Assembly: GCA_045106415.1 (NCBI GenBank)
Contig: JBGCEP010000070.1
Location: forward strand, 1-50,519
DNA: 50,519 nt
DNA from: Oligoflexales bacterium
GTDB lineage: Bacteria; Bdellovibrionota_B; Oligoflexia; Oligoflexales; Bog-1112
Direction: 5' to 3'
Under the pieces are notes generated by a model, which was not told the origin of the DNA, ran no database searches, and was given only the letters and a program-made list of their open reading frames with translations. The position numbers and the translations under genes are program-made. Shown one piece after another: positions 1-9,669 of the stretch (its first letter is position 1; every line of letters starts with the position of its first letter).

Positions 1-502
1 AGAAATCTTTTGCATAAGTTAAGGTTTCTCCAAGTTGAGTGTTTTCATCAGGAACGAGAGCAAATAGCCCTGGAATAAACTGAGTTTGAATACAAACTTG
101 CTTAGAACTTTGTACACCATCAACCTTAACGGCATCACCACCATCTAAACGACTGACCTTAAGTTTTGATTCGACCTGTATACCCTGAGGGATATTGATA
201 CAAACCTTCACGTCTTTTTTGAAATCAGGAATTTCTAGCTGAGCATTCACCATCGTAATCATAAGTGAAGTTTCACCAGTATCTTGCAAATCAACTTTAA
301 CAGGAGATTCAAACGTATCCTTCGTAATGTCGATTGATCCATTTAATGTTTGAATATCTTTATCTTCAGTATGCGGAATCACTTTAGATTCATTTGATGA
401 AGAAACGCCAATTTCAACATTGCTCAATGAGCGAGAATTCGTAGATTTTTCACCTTCACAAGCTTGAAATAATACAAGAAAAAAAACCATACGAAACAGC
501 AT
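1..502 (-). CDS. Hypothetical lipoprotein, runs off the left edge
   Basis: Not in the ORF track. Manual translation from ATG at 502 (GGAG RBS upstream) gives MLFRMVFFLVLFQAC-EGEKSTNSRS..., a hydrophobic stretch plus lipobox Cys, open to the window edge. Confidence 0.75.
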   Translation of the reverse strand, partial: MLFRMVFFLVLFQACEGEKSTNSRSLSNVEIGVSSSNESKVIPHTEDKDIQTLNGSIDITKDTFESPVKVDLQDTGETSLMITMVNAQLEIPDFKKDVKVCINIPQGIQVESKLKVSRLDGGDAVKVDGVQSSKQVCIQTQFIPGLFALVPDENTQLGETLTYAKDF

Positions 503-937
503 TTTTGACTCCTAAAAAATAAGATCATTACTCTAATCGGTCTACCTCCAGTTTTAAATTAACTTTTTTCTTATTTCGTTGGACTTAATTAATTATTGAG
601 AAAATTTTAACGTGATATAAGGCGCTTATCTTCATTACCCAGTAAAGGAAAAATCACCATTTAATGCCTAAGACTTGCCCGCCTACAAGAACGAATTTTT
701 AATACAGCAAGGCAAATCTTTATTTACACACCCATAAATATCAGATATTACTTTAAAAAGTGGATTTATCAACTTTTCAAAACTCTTAACGCGTAAATAA
801 AATCATCTAATGCCGTATAAGCCACATATCTCTTGACGATTTCCTATATCTACCTCAGTATCCATGGCGATAACGGCCGCAGTAAAGCCTCAACAATAAT
901 GCCGTCATCAAAAATCTCTACTTGATAAAGGATTTTT

Positions 938-3319
938 ATGTATATGGTTTATTATTCAAGAATTATTATTATATTCACAGCATGCATTGCTACATTTGGA
1001 ATAGGGTCGAACATAAAGCTTCTTCCTCATCAGAAAAAAGTTCTCAATCACCTTCATACAAACACAAATCAACACGGCCTTATTCTTTATCACGCTCTAG
1101 GTGCAGGCAAAACCATTACTTCTTTAGAGTACGCAAAAGAACAACACTTAAGCACAATTGTTCTAGCGCCAGAAGTCCTCAAAGCACATTGGTTAAAAGA
1201 AATAGAGAAAGTTGGTATTCCATCAAAAAAAATTATGATTTTAAGCTACAACACCTCCGAGGGTCTTGAAAAATTAAAAAACACTAACTTATCAAAATCA
1301 TTATTAATTGTAGACGAGGTGCAAAAGTTTATAGAGCAAGTACGACACTCTACAGATAAATGCTCTCTTAACTTATACTGGGACCTTTTAAAATCACGAA
1401 AGATTCTACTCTTAACCGGAACCCCTATATTCAATGACGCAACTGATATTGCATATATTGGAAATCTCGCTTTTGGCGAGGAAAAATTCCCTTTTCACCC
1501 AGATGAATTTAAAAATAAATACATGAGCATCGATACCACGACCTCTCTTTTCCGTGGGTACCTCACAGAAAGCAAACTCATGAGCACCGCCTTGCCTCTT
1601 TACGCAAGTTTTATTGGAGCTTCTTTAATCGCCGTAAGCGGTACATTTTGGGCACTACCTGTTATGTCAATGGTGGGATCTTCAGCATTAAATTTTATTA
1701 ATGAACAAAACCCAGTTAATCATGTCAGTTTCCGGAAGTTTGATGCTGCTGAATTTTCAGAGTTCAGTAACCGCTATATTTCCTATTACAAAAAGACTCC
1801 GAAAGACTCTAGCGATTACCCTTCGACCTCGGTTCACCCAATGAAAGTTTCTTATACAAACTCTCAAGTTAGCTTTTTTATGGATTTTTTAGACGGTGTC
1901 CTTACAAAAGAAAATCTAAACTTACTGCTCAAAGACTACCCAAACACCTACTCTCCAGCTATGCTACACATCAATAGCTCAAAGATTCAACAAGATCTAC
2001 TTGCTCAACCTGGCGCCGGACGTGAAATAGGAAACCTCAGTTTAAGAGGGACTCAAAAATTAGAGGAACCAATTAAATTTTTAAAAATCAAAGACCTTAT
2101 TCATGAAAACCCAGGTAAAACTGTTATTTATTCATCGTATTATCACAATGGCATTTTAAAATTCGCAGACTTTCTGAAAAAAAACAACATCAACTATGAA
2201 ATATTAGAAGCAAAATCCAGCACTCAAGACGTCCGAACAACCCTTGACCACTTTAATTCAGGAAAAAATAAAGTTTTATTACTTCACCCAGAAATTACAG
2301 AAGGTGTTTCTCTTATCGGAGTTGAACAGCTTCATATTTTAGAACCCGTGAAGAATGCAGCTCTCGAGAAACAAATTATAGGAAGAAGTGCCCGCTACCA
2401 ATCCCACAAACACCTCCCAAAACACCGTCAAACAGTCGACATATTCTTATGGGAGTCAACTGTAGAATACTCGCACTTAGGGTTGCCAACTGAAGCTGGG
2501 TTAGTACGTAGAGATCATTGGAGAAAGAGACACAGAGAAATCAACCCAAATCTATGGACAAACGGGATTACTCAACTAGATTCACAATACTTTAAAAAAG
2601 ACCAAACACCAGATCAACGTACAAACATAGATAAAAACTTTATTGTTGCAGATATGAATAGTTTTCAAAATATATGTGAAGGTCACTCACTCGAAAATTA
2701 TAGTAATAATAAAGTGTCACAATACAACCTTGCAACTCAACTCCATTCTCCTTTTGCATCACCATTGTTGTATCTCAATTATACAAACTACCAATCTCAT
2801 CATCTTAAAACTTTTCAAAAAGGGACAAAAATTGGAGAAATAACTAATAAAAAATCGGCTAGTTTTGATATTGAAATCCCTCACACCAATGAGATGAATA
2901 TTGGCTTTGGTCTTCGTCACACTACAGGCTTATTACAACCTAAAATATTAACAATATCCAACATTCCTTATTCCATACTTGAAATGGACCTAGCCCTTTT
3001 AAGTCGCATACACTACGAACATGATCGCTTACCTGAGGTTTCCTTTTACTGGAAAAATGAAATCGATTTATCTGTTTCTTTTATGCAACTTACAAATGGT
3101 CTAGGAATAGGGTTGCGTCAGTCTCTAGGAGCTCAAATGTTTATTTCAAAACACATAGGAATCAATATTGAATGTGGTCTTGAAGGAAAAGCTATCAAAG
3201 ATACAATGACTTCACATCATGACAACAATGAAATGTTTGAGTCACAAGAAATCCAACACTCTGTGAGCCACCTCAACCATCCTTTTGTAAACATTGGAGT
3301 CTTTTCGACATATTTCTGA
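938..3319 (+). CDS. SF2 (SNF2/poxvirus D6-D11-like) helicase with N-terminal signal-like peptide and C-terminal beta-barrel-like domain
   Basis: Q motif LLPHQ; motif I GLILYHALGAGKT; motif II IVDEVQ; motif III LLLTGTP; motif V ITEGVSL; motif VI QIIGRSARYQSH. AAAGGA RBS. C-terminus FVNIGVFSTYF. Confidence 0.85.
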   Translation: MYMVYYSRIIIIFTACIATFGIGSNIKLLPHQKKVLNHLHTNTNQHGLILYHALGAGKTITSLEYAKEQHLSTIVLAPEVLKAHWLKEIEKVGIPSKKIMILSYNTSEGLEKLKNTNLSKSLLIVDEVQKFIEQVRHSTDKCSLNLYWDLLKSRKILLLTGTPIFNDATDIAYIGNLAFGEEKFPFHPDEFKNKYMSIDTTTSLFRGYLTESKLMSTALPLYASFIGASLIAVSGTFWALPVMSMVGSSALNFINEQNPVNHVSFRKFDAAEFSEFSNRYISYYKKTPKDSSDYPSTSVHPMKVSYTNSQVSFFMDFLDGVLTKENLNLLLKDYPNTYSPAMLHINSSKIQQDLLAQPGAGREIGNLSLRGTQKLEEPIKFLKIKDLIHENPGKTVIYSSYYHNGILKFADFLKKNNINYEILEAKSSTQDVRTTLDHFNSGKNKVLLLHPEITEGVSLIGVEQLHILEPVKNAALEKQIIGRSARYQSHKHLPKHRQTVDIFLWESTVEYSHLGLPTEAGLVRRDHWRKRHREINPNLWTNGITQLDSQYFKKDQTPDQRTNIDKNFIVADMNSFQNICEGHSLENYSNNKVSQYNLATQLHSPFASPLLYLNYTNYQSHHLKTFQKGTKIGEITNKKSASFDIEIPHTNEMNIGFGLRHTTGLLQPKILTISNIPYSILEMDLALLSRIHYEHDRLPEVSFYWKNEIDLSVSFMQLTNGLGIGLRQSLGAQMFISKHIGINIECGLEGKAIKDTMTSHHDNNEMFESQEIQHSVSHLNHPFVNIGVFSTYF

Positions 3320-3383
3320 AAAACAAGGCTACTACCTCATACCTAGATAGAGGTACAGTCCACATCACTAGCTAGCCCTCACC

Positions 3384-5171
3384 TCAAAGACGCCTGATGC
3401 TATAAACAGGCCCTGATATATTTGAAGATGCGCCATTATCTTCTCTATGTTGGCTATGCTCTAATTGAAAATGAAATAACGGCAGATTTTCACCGACTGA
3501 GTAATGGTCAAGCTTAGGGTCGAAGCCCAGCATGTAGCCAAAGAAATCACACCCAATACCATATAAATAGTCAACTTTTGTTGGATCTGTTGAATTTTTA
3601 CGAATCAAGTCAAAAACCCCAGGTTTTTGTGCGGTGACTTTTGTTTTCATCTTCGAACAATCTCTATTTTGACTGTTCGTATAAAGATCATGAAAAACAT
3701 CTCCCCAATTATTTGAAATCACAGTAAAATCACGATCATCATCAGGCATGCTACTAATAACTATTGGGGATCCATTTTGATCTGTCAGAATTGTTGTCCA
3801 AAAAGACACTGGAGTACCATCACACGCTTCTGTCTGACTAATCCCGTCGCAACCATAAGTCACCATTTCATAACCATATGCACGCCCGGGTTTCCCAGCA
3901 AATACATAAACAGATTGCTCGAAAATCGTTGTGAAAAAATGAGGACGAAGTGTTGGGAAACTAGGATTAGCGCCCTCATATGAAGTATTCGTAGAGATCT
4001 GATCTCCTTGATTATAAAAGCGAAGCATTCGATTTAAATCAAGAACCATCGAAAGATCCACCGAACTTCCCTCTGCAATCTCAAAATTGGCTGGCAACTT
4101 AAATGTTAAAGAAAACTGTTTCTCAGCATAATCTAAGGGCATGTAGCCTCTATTTTTATACTCAGAATCATTCCCTTTCACAAAACTTCTCTCTAGAGAC
4201 ACCTTCATAAGTTGAGGTTCTTGATTTTCAAAGTCAGTACCCGTAACAGTTCCTTCGTCATATAACGATTTTCCAGAACGTGTACAATATTTGTGGAGTC
4301 CAGGGTGAGCAGAATCAGCACTGAAATCTGCGCTTAAACAACCTTTCATAAGGGATGAGTGCTTAAATGTAACAATGAGACTATTGTACACACCTGGTTT
4401 TACAGAAAACTTAGCCCCTGCATCACCTTCTTCTGTTTCTGATGCTTTTGCAATTAATTCTGATAAATCGACATGACCAGACTTTACTATGATCGAAACA
4501 CCATCTTCATCATCAAACACCACAGGTGTAGGAATATTTGTATTCGCTAAATCTGAAAAAACATAATCAGATTTTAAAGTTGCCTCATCAAACGTTAAAA
4601 GGTCAAAATCACTCTCTTTCACACCTGCAGACATCAATGCAGAAATAAGCTCTTCTTGTCCACTATACACATGGCCAACAACATTTGCTCTTAACTGTTC
4701 AATAACAGAATCAGATAATCCATCCGCACTCCATAACTCCAAGTGCTCCGCCTTAATAGAAAGATCTCCAGAAAAACCCCCTTCCGCGTTATTACCACTA
4801 TTAGCAAACTCTATCTTATAGATTGTGATGTGCATTTCATCTGGTGGACCCGATGTAATTTGATTTGGCTTATCAGCAGGTAAAGCAGTTGCTAATGCAA
4901 AAGAATCATCATAGAACCTCTCTGATAAAAGCTCTGTGCTAATTGCCAAACTTCCCGATGAAGTACTAGTAAAAGAAGAAGACGTTTTCTCTACAGCAAC
5001 AGCATCAACAGAATTTAATGCTTTAATATCAAGATTTACATACGACGCATTCAAAGACAGTGTTTCTGAAGATACAACTTGAGATCCATCAGTAGAACTA
5101 TCACTGTTATTTTGTTCATCACATGCTGACAATATCATAAAAAAAATTATACAATAAGAAAAATTTCGCAC
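3384..5171 (-). CDS. Hypothetical lipoprotein
   Basis: 595-aa ORF, GTG start after AGGAG, lipobox ILSAC, Ser/Thr-rich linker. No recognised catalytic motif. Confidence 0.75.
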   Translation of the reverse strand: MRNFSYCIIFFMILSACDEQNNSDSSTDGSQVVSSETLSLNASYVNLDIKALNSVDAVAVEKTSSSFTSTSSGSLAISTELLSERFYDDSFALATALPADKPNQITSGPPDEMHITIYKIEFANSGNNAEGGFSGDLSIKAEHLELWSADGLSDSVIEQLRANVVGHVYSGQEELISALMSAGVKESDFDLLTFDEATLKSDYVFSDLANTNIPTPVVFDDEDGVSIIVKSGHVDLSELIAKASETEEGDAGAKFSVKPGVYNSLIVTFKHSSLMKGCLSADFSADSAHPGLHKYCTRSGKSLYDEGTVTGTDFENQEPQLMKVSLERSFVKGNDSEYKNRGYMPLDYAEKQFSLTFKLPANFEIAEGSSVDLSMVLDLNRMLRFYNQGDQISTNTSYEGANPSFPTLRPHFFTTIFEQSVYVFAGKPGRAYGYEMVTYGCDGISQTEACDGTPVSFWTTILTDQNGSPIVISSMPDDDRDFTVISNNWGDVFHDLYTNSQNRDCSKMKTKVTAQKPGVFDLIRKNSTDPTKVDYLYGIGCDFFGYMLGFDPKLDHYSVGENLPLFHFQLEHSQHREDNGASSNISGPVYSIRRL

Positions 5172-5204
5172 AATACTCCTCTATCTTACAGTAACCTTTC
5201 TGAT

Positions 5205-5231
5205 CTATCGGGATTTATCCAATAATTTTTA
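5205..5231 (-). promoter_or_regulatory. Putative sigma28 (FliA)-type promoter
   Basis: TAAAAATT-N11-CCCGATAG versus consensus TAAAGTTT-N11-GCCGATAA, about 34 nt upstream of the 5171 start. Confidence 0.55.
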
Positions 5232-5779
5232 ATTTTTTAACTCAAGACTATAAATAATGTGAATTTAAACACCTATTTTATTTGATATTTTAACTACTTA
5301 AGTTTTCAAAAACGCTTCAGTTATACTAATGCAGATAAACAACCATACCCAACGGTGATTGCACATTTTAAGCAGATGAGAGAATTATTTTACATACATA
5401 CCTGAAATTGATCAGTCCATGATGTTTTTGTAATTTGCATTTTATTTTAACAACCCCAGATTTGATACCTTGACTACGCTGCAAGATATGAGACTCGTTA
5501 AACCTAGTTCAAGCCCATTATTCAAGCTATTTGAGGATATCTGACAAAATCATAAGATATCGTTTTGGTCTGATCAGAGGCAGATATATTCCGTGTTTTT
5601 TGGAACTAAGTCAAAAATATTTTAGATAAACAAAATTGGTTTCAAGGAAAATTTTTTTGAATTTTACATATATCACCAAAGATCTCAATAAGTTCACTAT
5701 AAATAGTTTAAAATACAAAACCTTGACAAGGATTATTTTCTTCTCTACTTTCCACCTGATTATTCTTTCTGGAGTTATT

Positions 5780-6682
5780 ATGTTTCTCAGAACACTTTGT
5801 CCCGCTCTCGCTCTTACCTTACAGTCCTTTCAACCAACTTTGTGTGCTCCTGGTGAAGAATTTTTTGATTTTTATATAAAAGAAACAACACCCTTGCACA
5901 CGACTAAAAATAGCTCTGTCTTTCTTTGTACACATAAAAAAACTGGTCACCAAAAAATTCTAAAAGAGTTCTTTCTCAAGTCTTACGACAAAAATCCTGA
6001 CCATGAATTACAAATGATGCATCTTTTACAACAAAAACCGCATCCACATCTTATTCATTTAGAAGATGAATTTATTACTAATTCTCTGCGACGTTTTATA
6101 TTTAAGCGATATACACGGGATCTTTTCGACCAGATTTTTTCATCCCCTCTAACTTCATCTCAACAAAAAAATATTTTTTTCAATATTGCTTCAGCCGTTG
6201 CTCATCTGCACAGAAATGAAGTTGCTCACCGTGATATCTCTTTAGAAAACATCCTTATCAATCGTGACTTAGAAGGGTGCCTATGTGATTTAGGAGCAGC
6301 ATCCTACAAAGAAGATATGACTTCTACATTTTGTGGTAAAAGAAATTATGCTGCCCCTGAAGTTTTCCACTCTCTGAAATACAGAACCCCATATGACCCT
6401 TATAGCGCAGACATTTGGTCTTTGGGTATTACTTTTTATGTTGCAGCATTTCAGAATTTTCTATTTGATGAAGCAAATAATCAATCGCTAGATTTTAAAA
6501 TATTTAAAGAGGCACTTTATCCAGAAAAATTTATAAAAGAAAAAGAGTCTGAAAATATTGACCCGTTATTTCTTGATCTTCTTGTGAAAATGCTGAGAAT
6601 TAATCCAGAGGAAAGAATAGATATTGAAGGCGTTCTCATACATAAATGGTTTTCTCATGAAGAGGGATCTTTAAAACTTTAA
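5780..6682 (+). CDS. Eukaryote-like Ser/Thr protein kinase (CAMK-like) with predicted signal peptide
   Basis: ATG 5780 follows GGAG (preferred over 5636). Motifs: ILK Lys, HRDISLEN, DLG, CGKRNYAAPE, DIWSLG, PEERI. N-terminus MFLRTLCPALALTLQSFQPTLCA. Confidence 0.9.
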   Translation: MFLRTLCPALALTLQSFQPTLCAPGEEFFDFYIKETTPLHTTKNSSVFLCTHKKTGHQKILKEFFLKSYDKNPDHELQMMHLLQQKPHPHLIHLEDEFITNSLRRFIFKRYTRDLFDQIFSSPLTSSQQKNIFFNIASAVAHLHRNEVAHRDISLENILINRDLEGCLCDLGAASYKEDMTSTFCGKRNYAAPEVFHSLKYRTPYDPYSADIWSLGITFYVAAFQNFLFDEANNQSLDFKIFKEALYPEKFIKEKESENIDPLFLDLLVKMLRINPEERIDIEGVLIHKWFSHEEGSLKL

Positions 6683-6803
6683 TACAATCACCATATTTAT
6701 TTCATATAACACCCGATCAGCTCTTTTGAACAAAAAAACTTGATTTAAAATTGCCTTTTACTTATAAGATGAATAACTACGCATTTGTAAACGCTTACTC
6801 TAT

Positions 6804-8420
6804 ATGCCCAGAAAAATGACTGTCGAGAACAAAAAAAATAAAAAAATCAGAAAAATTACAGCCATCTGCATCTCTTTGATTTTTCTAAACCCTACAGTGA
6901 AGGGGCAACCTTCTTCTAAAAACTTAGCTATCACCAGCAGTGCTTTATGTCTTGGCGCTTTAATAATGCACAGCTTTCTAAAAAAAGCAGAAGACAGCAC
7001 TTCAACAGAGGACATTCTCCTCCCTCCAACAAAAAATAAAATACCAATAAAAAAAGATTATTATGAAGAAATAAATATTGAGAATTCAAATTTTTGTTCC
7101 CAAGAAATCAGAGAAGAAGGTCTAAAACCTTTAAATGCAATTTTAAAGTCACACATAATTTCATCAAAAAGCTCACAAGCATTGAAAAGCCTCATTAAGT
7201 CCCTGCAGAGCACTTTGAATGTACTTAGGATCCAACAGATTGAAAGTCAAAACTCTGGAATATATGACTGGCACTCTCAAATTAGACACGCAAGAACAGA
7301 ATACTTTAGCCATCTTCCATATAAGCTGACACAGATTGAGGATCAAGATTGGGAACTTATCCCAGGGCTGCCTTTTTTAACACAACACGGTACTATTGAA
7401 CTTGCTTCTGTCACTCCGTTAAAAGCGACCCACCCAGGAATCGCTGGTTTTATTGTCATACCACAGAAGTTTACAAGTGATAATGAAATTATTGTTTCAT
7501 TTACAGGAACACAGAGTCGCGCGAGTCAATGGCGAGACACTGAGGGCTTTACTAACTTTTCAACAAACCCAGGGTACAAGAGTATTCTTGGTTCCCAGGA
7601 TCTCATACTCCATCAGGTTTGGGAAAAAATAAGTCTCTATACCAAATCACCTTATACACTTATATTTGCAGGACACAGCTTAGGTGGTGCAGACGCACAA
7701 CACATAGCTGAAGCCTTTACACGCAGCTTATTAATAAAATCACAAGAAAACTCAGACCTTTTTCTTATATTTCAAAGAATATGGGTCTGCATGAGCAATT
7801 CAGCAGGTATTCCTCTTCATTTATCTACTCAGAGTTTAGAAACATTAAAAAAAATTCAGATATTTAGCAATAAAGCCAGTCATGTCATTAACTTAAGAAT
7901 TTCCGCGGTTCTCATTGATGGTGACGGTGTTCAACTCACAGGTGAAGGAACTTTATGGCAATCTTTAAAAACAAAAAATGTCGACATCGAAGTTTTTAAA
8001 ATTCGCTATTTTTCCGAACAAAATTCACCCCGATGGATTCATAGAATATTAAAACCTGCTATCATAACTAGTGGAATCATCATGTTTCCATTTACGACAG
8101 TATTTACTCATATTGGCTCAACAACGATAGAAATGTTAAGAACAACAATAACAAGTCACCGTCTTAAATATTATGCACACTCTTCTGCTCTGCAAATTTC
8201 TAGCTTTGCTGAAATTGAACTTATCCAAGGTCAAGATGCTATCAAACTTTTAAGTAACAAAATATGTACATATCATTGGTTTGAATTTTTACTTCCAAAC
8301 ATACCCCTTGCTCAAAACCTTTCTTTATCTCAAACATCTAAAAAAGGCGAATTTCAAAAAATGAACTCTCATGATTGGGAAATATTACACGACCCTTGGG
8401 AAAATCAAAAATATGAATAA
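6804..8420 (+). CDS. Lipase class 3 family protein
   Basis: IIVSFTGT lid motif and FAGHSLGG nucleophile elbow. Basic then hydrophobic N-terminus, plus a second hydrophobic segment near the C-terminus. Confidence 0.8.
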   Translation: MPRKMTVENKKNKKIRKITAICISLIFLNPTVKGQPSSKNLAITSSALCLGALIMHSFLKKAEDSTSTEDILLPPTKNKIPIKKDYYEEINIENSNFCSQEIREEGLKPLNAILKSHIISSKSSQALKSLIKSLQSTLNVLRIQQIESQNSGIYDWHSQIRHARTEYFSHLPYKLTQIEDQDWELIPGLPFLTQHGTIELASVTPLKATHPGIAGFIVIPQKFTSDNEIIVSFTGTQSRASQWRDTEGFTNFSTNPGYKSILGSQDLILHQVWEKISLYTKSPYTLIFAGHSLGGADAQHIAEAFTRSLLIKSQENSDLFLIFQRIWVCMSNSAGIPLHLSTQSLETLKKIQIFSNKASHVINLRISAVLIDGDGVQLTGEGTLWQSLKTKNVDIEVFKIRYFSEQNSPRWIHRILKPAIITSGIIMFPFTTVFTHIGSTTIEMLRTTITSHRLKYYAHSSALQISSFAEIELIQGQDAIKLLSNKICTYHWFEFLLPNIPLAQNLSLSQTSKKGEFQKMNSHDWEILHDPWENQKYE

Positions 8421-8567
8421 AAACGTGCAAATCAAATAAAACTAAAGTGAAAAGTCTCATTACACATGACCCATTCTATCTGAAAAAGAAAGTAAGTATC
8501 TGAATATTTTATGGAAAAAATTTAATCCACACTAAGACATCAACATTTAAGATAAAAAAGTCGATCC

Positions 8568-8594
8568 CTCTTTTATAACTTATTTATAAAAGAG
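8568..8594. promoter_or_regulatory. 11-bp perfect inverted repeat upstream of the 4-gene operon (possible operator)
   Basis: CTCTTTTATAA-cttat-TTATAAAAGAG, ending 46 nt before ATG 8641. Confidence 0.35.
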
Positions 8595-8640
8595 ATTTCG
8601 TATTAAAAAAGTAAACGAACAACTTTATCTTATTGAGGAT

Positions 8641-9669
8641 ATGGATGAGTGCGACTTATCAAATGCTCAATATGACCCACACCTTTCCCAGGCTAACTAT
8701 GAAAACGATACTCAACTTTTCTGGGCAAGCCTCGACTACATTCAAAATCAAAGTTTAATCGATATTATAGAAAAAATCCTCACAGCTCACGGGTTTGAAA
8801 TTAATATAGAAAACTGTCTATCATGCTTAGATAGTTTTCAAATAAGCCTTCTGATTAAAATGAAATCTACTTTACTCTCAGAACCAAAAGCTCAAAAATT
8901 CATACCATGCATAAGCTTTAACCTTCCTTCCAAACAAAGAAAAGGTGGTTTTTTAAATCTTTTCTACAAAGAAATTGAAGGTTTTGAAAAAAAAGAAGAG
9001 AAATCTGAAAAATCAAAAACCACTAGTGAAGATAAAGATAAAATTATTTCAGAACAAAAAAAAGAAATTAAAATTCTCGAAGAAAAAAATCGTTATTTAG
9101 AAAATATTTTAAAAAAACAAACTCCTAATATTCATGTCATTACAGAAAACACAGGTCTCCAAGATCTTGAAGTAAGAGAAGGATTTGTTTACAAAATTAA
9201 TTACATGCAAAGACACCTTACCCTGAAATCAGGAAGGCAACATTTTAAAATTTCTTTTTCTAATTTACCAAGCCTTCCTCTTGAAAAAGAGATTTGTTTG
9301 ATAAAAACAAATCATAAAAAAACACAAATAGATTTAATCCCTTTGGAAAGTACTCCACATCATTTTGATTATGTCATAGGAATAGTTGTATCAAAAAAGA
9401 ACAATACTATAAAAATAAAAATACCTGAAAGAGGTTATTGGCAAATCAAAGCTATTCACCAAAAAGAAAAAGATGAAATAAACAGAGTACATAGAAACCA
9501 AAACATCTTAGTGGTTATGGTTGCAGATAAGATTATACGGATACATCATATAAAAAAATCACATCATAGTATCGATGAAATAAAAGAAGAGATAATTATG
9601 CATGATATCCATACCACCCAAGAGACTTTAAATATTGAGGATAATGACATTGAATATGCAAGAGTTTAA
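8641..9669 (+). CDS. Hypothetical protein (coiled coil followed by beta-rich, possibly OB-like repeats); first gene of the MotAB-helicase operon
   Basis: 342-aa ORF with GAGGA RBS and a central E/K-rich heptad region. The stop overlaps the start region of the MotA-like gene. Confidence 0.8.
   Translation: MDECDLSNAQYDPHLSQANYENDTQLFWASLDYIQNQSLIDIIEKILTAHGFEINIENCLSCLDSFQISLLIKMKSTLLSEPKAQKFIPCISFNLPSKQRKGGFLNLFYKEIEGFEKKEEKSEKSKTTSEDKDKIISEQKKEIKILEEKNRYLENILKKQTPNIHVITENTGLQDLEVREGFVYKINYMQRHLTLKSGRQHFKISFSNLPSLPLEKEICLIKTNHKKTQIDLIPLESTPHHFDYVIGIVVSKKNNTIKIKIPERGYWQIKAIHQKEKDEINRVHRNQNILVVMVADKIIRIHHIKKSHHSIDEIKEEIIMHDIHTTQETLNIEDNDIEYARV

Noticed and set aside
5340..5630. Possible decayed gene in the long intergenic region before the kinase
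   Set aside because: One plus frame reads protein-like with scattered stops, but no family is recognisable, so it cannot be supported without a search.
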